A stretch of DNA of 64,000 nucleotides from Octopus vulgaris (taxonomy: Eukaryota). The notes under the pieces were generated by a model. It worked only from the letters and a program-made list of their open reading frames with translations, searched no databases and was not told the DNA's origin. Shown here piece after piece: positions 52,109 through 64,000 of the stretch (position 1 is the first letter of the stretch; every line of letters starts with the position of its first letter). Location: positions 75,392,001 to 75,456,000 of the forward strand of contig OX597831.1 in assembly GCA_951406725.2 (NCBI GenBank), in the 5' to 3' direction. A program made the position numbers and the translations under genes.

Positions 52109-52552
52109 TTACACTGTCATTCTTGATATCCGCCTTTGCTTAGAAACGATGTTAGTGCTTGTGCCCTGTACTCAAACAAGTGCTGAAGGGCGAATATGTC
52201 AAGCTACAAAAACCACAAAACAAACTAACGTTGAAGACTGACTGTATTCCAGCATGGCCACGAGTCTGATAAGTGAAATAATAAAGTAACAAAAAAAATG
52301 CACGCGCTTATATATGTAAAGGCATCCTTATACAATAGCGTCGCAAATTATCTACTGCGCCAAAAGACAAAATTTCTGAACATTTTAAATATATTTAAAC
52401 CCTAAACAGATTTTAGGAGGATTTCTTTGCACTTCCCTTATAAATGATTTCACAGATTTGGTTTTCTTCTGGAAAATTTTCTACTCTCTTTTATAGGAAT
52501 ACCATTTATTTATTTATCTTTTTGTTTATATATTTATTTGTTTGTTTGTCTG

Positions 52553-52668
52553 TATCCATCCATCCATCCATCCATCCATCCATCCATCCATCCATCCATC
52601 CATCCATCCATCCATCCATCCATCCATCCATCCATCCATCCATCCATCCATCCATCCATCCATCCATC
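52553..52668. repeat. (ATCC)n microsatellite
   Basis: Direct inspection. Confidence 0.95.
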
Positions 52669-52745
52669 GTGTTGAAAACTGCCGTTCAAAAGGAAAATAT
52701 CCTATATATGTGCATGTATATGTATATGTATGTATATATATATAT

Positions 52746-53168
52746 ATGGCAAATATACCTCACATTGTTGTGCAGTAACTGTCTATATCTCGTTCAGAGA
52801 TTTACTATTGCTTGCATACACTTTTTCAAGATCAGTGACGAAAAGTTACTGGAAAAAAGATATAAATATTTGCATTGGGGACTCCTTTCATCGAAAACCG
52901 GTGATTGTCGTGCGCTGATGATGGGTCACAACCCAGAAACTGCAGTCTGTGCGTATCACTTAGGTTGACGAGGGAAGGATGACCTCCCTTTGCAAATACC
53001 GATAGGCCACAGAAAGGGTGCCTATAGCCAGCTGGAGGGGATGTTCTCCTGTGGCTACAAGCTACAGTAACACCCACCCTTAGTGGTTAGCCATATTGAG
53101 ATGGCAAATATACCTCACATTGTCGTGCAGTTACTGTCTATACCTCGTTCAGAGACTTATTATTGCTT
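52746..53168 (+). mobile_element. Penelope-like pseudo-LTR unit with 68-bp terminal direct repeat
   Basis: 52746-52813 is repeated at 53101-53168. TA-flanked, and contains a hammerhead. Confidence 0.7.
52909..52953 (+). ncRNA. Compact minimal type-I hammerhead ribozyme (GUC site, predicted cut after 52947)
   Basis: CGTGCG-CTGATGA-TGGGT-CACA-ACCCA-GAAAC-TGCA-GTC-TGTGCG. Stem I pairs with three G-U wobbles. Confidence 0.8.
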
Positions 53169-53475
53169 ATATATATAGAGAGAGAGAGAGAAAGAGAGGG
53201 AGAGAGGTATGATACACATGTATGCATATATATATATATATATATATACACACGCACACATACACGTGTGTGTGTAATATGTATATGTATGTTTGTCTCG
53301 CACTACAGTTTGACAACTTGTTGGTTTGTTTACATCCCCTGTAACTAAGTGGTTCGACAAAACAAGACCGATAGAATAAGTATCAGGTAAAAAATAAACG
53401 CCATGGTTGATCTGCCAAGGCTGATCTATCAAGCATGACTGCAGTCCAGTGACAGAAGCAAGTAAAAGTGAAAAG

Positions 53476-53520
<45 letters not shown>

Positions 53521-54141
53521 TTTGCTTAGGCATTGCAATACTAATAAGCTGGTGTAGAACTCAATACACAATGGCTCAGAACGAACCGTTAGTCTAGTAG
53601 AGAGCAATAATAAGGAATTGAGATGGCAAAGGAAGAAGCAATAATTTTACGAAATTTATTAGCTTACAACTGCTTGCATTATAAGATGCAGTGGACTCAT
53701 AGCTGAAGGCCTGTGTAACACCTTATAGTTTCATCGGAGCCTGTGTTACTCAGGCACTCATATATGAGTCCATTGCATCTTATACCAGAAACAGCTGTAG
53801 TGTAATGAAGTTCATAAGATGATCGTTTACTCCATTGTCGTATATATATATATATATAGGATAACTATACACGGAGAAAGGACCCTTTATTAGTTGTAGG
53901 CTATCTATCTATTCCTCATTTCGAGCATTCAACGACAATATGAGTCTTCAAAGACAGTTGCTTCCATATATATATATATATATATATATGTTTTCTCTTA
54001 TTCCTTTCTATTGAAGAGCATAGGCTCGAAACGTAAAAGACACTCACAATGCCGGTCTGGAAATCGAAACCGCGATCCTATGATGGCAAGTCCGCTTCCC
54101 TAACCACTGGGCTATTGCACCTCCATATGTGTGTGTTTGTG

Positions 54142-54175
<34 letters not shown>

Positions 54176-54419
54176 TACATACATACATACATACATACAT
54201 ACATACATACATACATACATACATACATAAGTGTGTGTATATGTGTATGTAAACTGACAAAATTCCGTGCTGCATATGAGAAAGTAATAGCTCATGATTG
54301 ATTGATTGATTGATGGATGGATGGATGGATGGATGTGTGCATGTAAGTATGCAAGTGTGCACGCCTATACGCATGTATGTATGTATGTATATATATATGT
54401 ATATATATGTGTATCATGT

Positions 54420-54990
54420 CAGGTCACATTCGAGTGCTACTGGTAACATGTAACCTAGTACAACCTGTTGCATAGTCGGGTCGTCTGCGACTAAACCGGC
54501 AACCCCACCAAGCTTGCTTGGTGAGGAAGGTGTTTATTGGACACCCTGCAGGATGAAAAACAAAACCCGTCAAAGGGCGGAGGAACTCTTGAGAGTCAAC
54601 GGCCATCCAATAAATGTCTTAAGGCTGTATCATGCGCGGTGACATAGAAATAATCGGACTGAATACCCGATCGCGCGGTTAAACCATTAGGAGTGAAGGA
54701 CTCCTAGCCTTTGTTAGGGCATCCTTCTAGGAGAAGGTAACTCGGGTAACTGGGATAACTCCGACACAAAACCTGCGGCTCAGTGGTTACCGATGATGTT
54801 GACTTGTTCTTCTTTTCGGATTATGGCTGCTGCTGCTTAGTGAGTGGGATTGACTCAGTGCACAGCCTTTCCTCACTTTAAAAAAAATCTTCTTGCACAT
54901 TCATTGCATGATAACAACATTGATTAAGCTTCGTGCAATGGCCATACTCGATAACGTGGGCGCAGCCACCATGTATGTATGTATGTATGT
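54420..54990 (+). mobile_element. Structured non-autonomous retroelement with (TATG)n tail
   Basis: A chain of hairpins with no ORF or tRNA head. Second copy at 18775-19470. Confidence 0.7.
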
Positions 54991-55175
54991 AGGTAGGTAG
55001 GTAGGTATGTACGTATATATGTACGTATGTATGTAAGTATGTAGGTATGTAAATGTGTGGACGTGTCTGTGTGTGTGTATGTACATGTGAACGTATGTAC
55101 TGATATATGTCTGTTCAAGTTGTATATATGACTGTTTCTCTGTCGAAGATTGTATGTACATAATACACACACACA

Positions 55176-55797
55176 CTAGCAATGCATCCCGGCGTTGTCC
55201 GGGTGTTATGATCTACAGGTGCATTGTATTATTTGCTCCTTTCTTATTGGCAGAATCGGCACCACTGATGTATAGTTAATGGCACAATGGAAGTTATTGT
55301 TTGTTTAAAAGTATGGAAAAGTCTCATACATCTACTAAGACATACACATACGCGCGCGCGCACACAGACATACATTAATGCGTACCTCAAACCTATCTCA
55401 GTCCCTTTGTGCGTCTGTCTGTGTCTTTAGATGTGTGTATGTGCCAGTCATCACAAAAATGTATGTATACTAACAGACACAAACACCGTCACACATATAT
55501 ACTTGTCAGTCATCGACCTAACGTACGTAACGAATGCGCGAACACATATAGAAAATGTGACGTCATCGTCGTTGTGGTGGTGGTAGTAAAAGATGTCCTT
55601 TATGATAGGTGGCTAAAAGAAAGATGATGATCTTAAATTTTTGTAATGCAAATAAGTGAATGAAAATATATTTTAGTTTGTAGCCAAAAGCTTACTGAAT
55701 CTTTTGATACTCCATACGTCAAAAACGGCAACTCGGTTTTGGAATGCATAAGGAACATACGCACACATACACATATATACAAACTATCTTATATATA
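55176..55797 (-). mobile_element. Helitron-like remnant
   Basis: Minus-strand 3' end CCCGGACAACGCCGGG...GCTAGT at 55176-55203. The TATATATAAG..TGTGTGCGTATGTTCC..AAAACCGAG segment resembles a 5' end. Left end firm, right end tentative. Confidence 0.5.
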
Positions 55798-55893
55798 TGT
55801 GTGTGTGTTCAGATGAATATGGTACGTAAATCTTGGAGATTTTAGGTGAAATTATACTAATGTGTCCTAATTTAATTAAATTCTACGGCTTTG

Positions 55894-55985
55894 TGCAGCT
55901 GAAGATTGCTCTACATTTTAAATTGATGTAATGAAATGATTGCATTGTTCAGTTAAATGGAGTTGCATGAAACGATCGTACTGCA
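55894..55985 (+). ncRNA. Hammerhead motif (CTGAAGA core, GUA site)
   Basis: TGCAG-CTGAAGA-TTGC...GCAT-GAAAC-GATC-GTA-CTGCA, with palindromic stem III ACGATCGT. Confidence 0.65.
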
Positions 55986-56013
55986 TTACCTCTGGATATC
56001 CTTGTTGCTTATT

Positions 56014-56084
<71 letters not shown>

Positions 56085-56328
56085 CCCCGTCTCACCACCG
56101 TCTAACGGTGAATGGATGCAATGTCTTAAGATACATACATGCTAATATAATCCTACATATATACAAGCACACACAATCATACAAACGCGTATACACACAC
56201 ATATATACGTTTATCCATTTACACATATATATATCACTATTTTCGCGGACAACGGTTAAAATTTATAAGCCATTTTTCTTGTATTTTACATAAAAATATG
56301 TGCATACATTCACATATATAATATATGA

Positions 56329-56558
56329 GGCGGCGAGCTGGCAGAAACGTTAGCATGCCGGGCGAAATGCGTAGCCGTATTTCGTCTGCCGTTACGTTGT
56401 GAGTTCAAATTCCGCCGAGGTCGACTTTGCCTTTCATCCTTTCGGGGTCGATAAATTGAGTACCAGTTACGCACTGGGTCGATGTAATCGACTTAATCCA
56501 TTTGTCTGTCCTCGTTTGTCCCCTCTGTGTTTAGCCCCTTGTGGGTAGTAAAGAAATA
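56329..56558 (+). mobile_element. SINE family B, full length, CpG-intact
   Basis: GGCGGCGAGCTGGCAGAAACGTTAG...CCCCTTGTGGGTAGTAAAGAAATA. Confidence 0.92.
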
Positions 56559-57081
56559 TATATATATATACATACGTGCATGCATATACACACTCATACA
56601 TTCACACACTAACACTTACATACATACACACGCATGCTAAAATACACATACATCTACACATACGTTCATACATATTAATCTATGTACATTCATACGATTA
56701 TATATAACTACGTATATGTATTTCAGTATCATGCATCTCAACATGTGTGGATTTCTACATGTAAATGACAGAAAGGGGTGATTATAGATGGGTACTCCCG
56801 AGTGGAATCTGGGTGTTACCCCGTTCGGATTTACGGTTGAGGGCGGGTTTGTAGATGTATCTGTTTTAGAATTTATGGGAGCAACTGTCTTTCAAGACAC
56901 ATATTGTCGTCGAATGCTCGAAATGAGGAGTAGATAGACAGCCGACGACTGGTAAAGGATCCTTTCTCTGCGTTTACTCGTCCTGTTTTCCATTTTTTCT
57001 TGTTGTTTACGTATTTAACTCGTTTCTTTACGTATTACATGTTATTTACACCGTTGGTGACGTCCTGTACCCATATATGCA

Positions 57082-57140
<59 letters not shown>

Positions 57141-57142
<2 letters not shown>

Positions 57143-57590
57143 TAAATAAATGGAGTTGAACGAAGATGTTATTAAAATTCTTTTACTTTCGACATATGTT
57201 TCGAAGGCAGCATTGGTTTTATTCCAAAGGAATAAACGGTGTAAAATGCAATCTTCTCATCAGGAAAGAAAGAGAGCCGCTCTCAACAACAAGACGTTAT
57301 AACAAATACGATGACTGCCTCATCGTATTGCATTTTACACCGTTTATTCCTTTAGAATAAAACCAATGCTGTCTTCGAAACATATGTCGAAAGTAAAAGA
57401 ATTTTAATAACATCTTCGTTCAACTCCATTTATTTACTTATAATACACAAATTACTGCACATTAACCCGGAGTTTCTACATTTGAATAGGTCGATTCATC
57501 CGTGTTACTTGCGTGAATTTTACTACCCTGGTAACTGTTTATTGAATTTTCTAAGTTAACGGTAAACAAAGGATAATTCATTCATCCATT
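57141..57590. mobile_element. Penelope-like pseudo-LTR remnant with 112-bp inverted repeat
   Basis: 57141-57252 vs 57327-57438 are reverse complements with about 2 mismatches. TA-flanked. Confidence 0.7.
57186..57268 (-). ncRNA. Minimal type-I hammerhead ribozyme (GUC site)
   Basis: Minus strand: CTTTC-CTGATGA-GAAG...CTTC-GAAAC-ATAT-GTC-GAAAG. Confidence 0.82.
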
Positions 57591-57609
57591 TATATATATA
57601 TATATTAAT

Positions 57610-58863
57610 GGTACTAGTCGCGTAGACTGGACCCGGTGCGCGCATCCGCGCTAGCCAGTCGTAGGTAGTCGATCCTACAGCGACTTGCGTATGCAAATGA
57701 GCTGATTGGCGCAACATTGCAAACACCAAGTTAATAGCGAGCCCCTACTGGAGCTTAGGAAATATTTTTCAACGATATACGGTGTATATTATTTTAAAGA
57801 CAATTGCGTTTTTTTTTTTATTACAAAACAATTAGAAGCATTGAAAAAAAAAGCAAAACAACCTTAAGGACAGTCAAACATTTTTTTTTTTCAAAGTAGA
57901 CCACTACAGGCGACAATTCACTTGGGTTTCCTTTGAATAGCTACGGCAAACTTCGTTAACCATTCAGCTATGCTCGTTCTCTTTCAACTGGAATTTAACC
58001 CCTGACCAACCCTAAATTATTAGACATTTTGGTCGTGGCCATCCCGCTTTGTTGTAAATCCAATACTGCATTGTTCAGTTTGACTTTAAAAAAAAGTATT
58101 CGGCTGCTATTTCTAGCAGCTGGGTGGAAGATATTTCTTGACCGAAGTTGTACAAGGTCTGTGTTTGCTCCTTGTTTTCAGTTTCTCCAAAGACCCAACT
58201 GAACTCTCGTCTTTAACTTCAGCTGAACAGTTCCCAGTCCCAAGACTGCCCTGGTCGTGCAGACCTGATCAAAGGAGTTTATTTTTAACCAGACGTAAAG
58301 TAACCCGTTACTTCATAGAAATGTTTTATTTCTACGTGGGGTAAATTTGGTTACTATAAGTTTACATTGAAGAGACTTGGTCGTTGACAGGAGCCTCATA
58401 AGTTAACGCAGGGAACCATTTCATACGAGGCAACTAAATTCTGACCCCACCTTGTTGTTGGCTTGTCACCAGGAACCGATTTTCCTGTTGAAGCCTACAG
58501 TAAAATTACCTTGTTGGGGAGGGGTTAAGCCAATTTTTTTAAAACCTTTTTTTTGAATGTTCATGCTGCAGTTTGCCGTAGCTATTCAAAGGAAACACAA
58601 GTGAATTGTCGCCTGTAGTGGTCTACTTTGAAAAAAAAAATGTTTTTCAATGCTTATAATTGTTTTGTAACGAAAAAAAAAAAAAAAACGCAATTGTCTT
58701 TAAAATAATATACACAGTAGGAGCTCGCTATTAACTTAGTTTTTGCAGTGTTGCGCCAATCAGCTCATTTGCATACGCAAGTCGGTGTAGGATCGACTAC
58801 CTACGACTGGCTAGCGCGGATGCGCGTCTGCGCGCACCGGATCCAGTCTACGCGACTAGTACC
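57610..58863. mobile_element. 1.25-kb non-autonomous DNA transposon with about 340-bp TIRs (GGTACTA termini)
   Basis: 57610-~57950 vs ~58570-58863 are inverted. Shares CGGTGCGCGC, GCGCATCCGCG and TAGTCGATCCTAC with 41386-41638. No TSD seen. Confidence 0.85.
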
Positions 58864-59242
58864 CAAATATTGTATATGAAGAAAGAGTCAGAATTTTGGA
58901 TATTTCTTATCAGCGCTTTCGTTCGTTGAACCCAGCTGCCCCCAAATTGCTGGCCTGATCCGGTTTCATTTGTGAAATTCGGATATGTGCACACTGGGTG
59001 TGATATATCCGTCTTATTGCTAACGTCACCTTCTTTGATAACTTTTCTGTTAATAAATATGTTTGCTATCTTTATTTATTACTTTTTTGCGCATTCTCTG
59101 TATTGTATTATCTATCTAGCTCGTCTTGAAGAAAGTTTGGTGAACCCTGGTTTAACCGAACTCTAAGAGTTCGGTTAAACGAAGAAAAGCAACCGCCTCC
59201 TTCTTCTTCTTCATTCATACATACATACATACATACATACAT

Positions 59243-59473
59243 ATTTCTTTACTGCCCACAAGGGGCTAAACATAGAGGGGACAAACAAGGACAGACATAG
59301 GTATTAAGTCGATTACATTGACACCAGCGCGAAACTGGTACTTTATTTAATCGACCCCGAAAGGATGAAAGGCAAAGTCGACCTCGGCGGAATTTGAACT
59401 CAGAATGTAGCGGCAGACGAAATACCGCAAAGCATTTCGCCCGGCGTGCTAACGTTTCTGCCAGCTCGCTGCC
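59243..59473 (-). mobile_element. SINE family B, full length
   Basis: Reverse complement of family B. Confidence 0.9.
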
Positions 59474-59502
59474 TTTATACACACACACACACACACACAC
59501 AC

Positions 59503-60074
<572 letters not shown>

Positions 60075-60128
60075 AGCTTCATTACGATCCAAAAGGTAGT
60101 GGTATAAGCCTGAACCAATATGCGTGTG

Positions 60129-60194
<66 letters not shown>

Positions 60195-60726
60195 CATGTA
60201 TATTATACACACACACACACACCACTGTGGAATATTACGTTCTACTTGGAAGTATTAGAGTGTGTAGGCAAAGTTTCACTTGAAGTTCTTGAAAAACTCT
60301 GTCAGTGACGGAGATAGATATAATTTCCCCAACAGGATGTGTTTTATTCGCGTTCGCCAATCGCATTACTCGATCTTTCTCTTTAATCACTTCAGACACA
60401 ATATTGCTGAAAGCCACGAGAGCGATTCACACACTTATAAACTGCGGCATATAATAATAGGAGCTTTATACATATATTCACATAACTGGATCTATATACA
60501 TATGTTTATGTAATATATATAATGTAATATTAAGGTGAGTGTTGCCCTCCACCTCTCTCCTGCTTTTTTTACTGTTATTTTTTGTCAGCCTCACATTGCC
60601 TTCTTTCTTTCTCTTTGTTTGTTTTTTTTTACATTTCACCTATTTGTCATGGTTCATGGATCTTCTTTTCCTTGACATTCTTCTTTCTTTTCTACCTTTA
60701 GCTATCTTTTCTTGTTATATATATAC

Positions 60727-60894
60727 AGGAGTGGCTGTGTGGTAAGTAGCTTGCTTGCTTACTTACCAACCACATGGTTCCGGGTTCAGTCCCACAGCGT
60801 GGCACCTTGGGCAAGTGTCTTCTGCTATAGCCCCGGGCCGACCGATGCCTTGTGAGTGGATTTGGTAGACGGAAACTGAAAGAAGCCCGTCGTA

Positions 60895-60979
<85 letters not shown>

Positions 60980-61190
60980 TTGTGTATCTGTGTTTGTCCC
61001 CCTAGCATTGCTTGACAACCGATGCTGGTGTGTTTATGTCCCCGTTACTTAGCGGTTCGGCAAAATACACCGATAGAATAAGTACTGGGCTTACAAAAAG
61101 AATAAGTCCCGGGGTCGAGTTGCTCGATTAAAGGCAGTGCTCCAGCATGGCCGCAGTCAAATGACTGAAACAAGTAAATGAGTAAAAGAG
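60727..61190 (+). mobile_element. SINE family A with expanded internal (TA)n
   Basis: Family A head and tail. Confidence 0.9.
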
Positions 61191-61384
61191 TGTATATATA
61201 TATGCTCGAAATTAGGAGTAGATTGAAAGCCGGCAACTGGCGAAGGGTCCTTTCTCGGTGTTTAACTTGTTCAGTTTTTCGGTTTTTTTCTTGTTGTTTA
61301 CGTATTTTACTCGTTTTTCACTCGCTTGTTTTACGTTTTTCATGTTATTTGCACCGTGGCTGACGTCCTGTACCCATATATGCA

Positions 61385-61694
61385 TATATGTATATACACA
61401 CACACACACATATATATGTATGTAGGTATGTATATGTATGTAGGTATGTATATATATATATATATATGTATGTATGTAGGTATGTATATATATATATATG
61501 TATATGTAGGTATGTATATATATATGTATATGTATGTAGGTATGTGTATATATATATATATATATACGTATATATATATATATATACGTATATATATGTA
61601 TATATATGTATATATATATATGTATATATATATATGTATATATATATGTATATATATATATGTATATATATATGTATATATATATATATGTATG

Positions 61695-61753
<59 letters not shown>

Positions 61754-61892
61754 GTATATATATATATGTATATATATGTATATATATATATGTATATATA
61801 TATATGTATATGTATATATATATGTATATATATATGTATATATATATGTATATATATATGTATATATATATGTATATATATATATGTATATA

Positions 61893-61985
<93 letters not shown>

Positions 61986-62127
61986 GTATATAGATATATA
62001 TATATATGGGTGTGTGTGATTGTGTATAGAAGAATATATTAATAAAAAGAATTCCAACCTTGTCTGTATATATATATGTATATATATATGTATATATATA
62101 TATGTATATATATATATGTATATATAT
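61385..62127. repeat. Compound (TA)n/(TATG)n microsatellite
   Basis: Direct inspection. Confidence 0.95.
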
Positions 62128-62828
62128 GCAGACGGCTAGCTGGATGGATTCTCCGAACTTTCAGAACAAGAGAGAAGGAGACACTGATGGTCCTATGGAA
62201 AACATTTGTCCTCAGCCGCTTGGACTACTGCTCCCAACTTTGGTCACCACACAATATAAAACAAACAGCAGAACTCGAAGCAACTCAGAGAAGCTACACA
62301 AAGAAAATCGTCTCAATGCAAAATGTCAGCTACTGGGAAAGACTGAAGGTATTAAACCTCTTCTCCCTGGAGCGGAGGCGGGAGAGATATGCAGTAATAT
62401 ACATCTGGAAAATCCTGGAGGGTCTTGTCCCAAACTTTGGCATTCAAAGTTACTCCAACCGCAGAACGGGCGCCGCTGCGTGGTGCCAAGGATTCCAACA
62501 TCACCATCAAAATACAGGTCCAGATACTGCAACAGCTTGGGTTTCAGAGGACCACAGCTTTTCAACATCCTCCCTAAATGCCTGAGAGACTTACATGGTG
62601 TGGATGTGGGTTTCTTTAAAACTAAACTGGATCTCTTCTTGTTGGGAGTCCCAGATGAACCTACCTCACGACAGGAGACACGGATGCGGGCAGCAGCATC
62701 GAACTCCCTTGTTGATCAAGTGCCACGTATCAGAGGTGGATTCACAAACTAGTGTGGCTCATTCAGCGGTGGTGCCCCAGCATGGCCTCGGCCTTCGGGC
62801 TAAAACATTTTTAAGGATTTAAGGATTT
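62128..62828 (+). mobile_element. CR1-group LINE 3' fragment (ORF2 C-terminus, 3' UTR, TTTAAGGA tail)
   Basis: WILRTF.TR...VLSRLDYCSQLWSP...LEATQR..TKKI....SYWERLK.L.LFSLERRRERY, with one frameshift near 62470. Confidence 0.9.

Positions 62829-64000
<1,172 letters not shown>

Noticed and set aside
54490-54550. Twister or HDV-like ribozyme
   Set aside because: GAGGA[A/G]GG and CCAAGC are present, but I could not build the required pseudoknots. Kept only as an open question.
57602-58871. TSD for the 1.25-kb TIR element
   Set aside because: The flanks ATATTAAT and CAAATATT do not match, so the superfamily call rests only on the smaller relative.

Overview
Repeat-saturated, AT-rich eukaryotic genomic DNA. 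The SINE/LINE families and dense (TA)n/(CA)n/(TATC)n/(GAT)n microsatellites suggest an octopus or another coleoid cephalopod; this is inferred from family resemblance, not searched. I cannot support any intact host gene. Nearly all listed ORFs are translated microsatellites or SINEs. Recognisable content: three tRNA-derived SINE families; two RTE-clade LINE families, one a 3.2 kb copy with a PHD finger inside the RT ORF; CR1-group LINE fragments whose 3' stem-loop is shared with the commonest SINE; a young non-autonomous LTR element (565/564 bp LTRs, tRNA-Trp PBS, PPT, 4-bp TSD); a truncated mariner; hAT-, Merlin-like and piggyBac-like MITEs; and Helitron/Helentron remnants. The strongest hidden signal is at least eight near-canonical minimal type-I hammerhead ribozyme motifs, plus two families with variant cores. 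They sit in Penelope-like pseudo-LTR remnants of several unrelated families, mostly in or beside (TA)n tracts and often as inverted pairs. Their stem III is a palindrome whose sequence varies between families. Coordinates of degenerate repeats are approximate.
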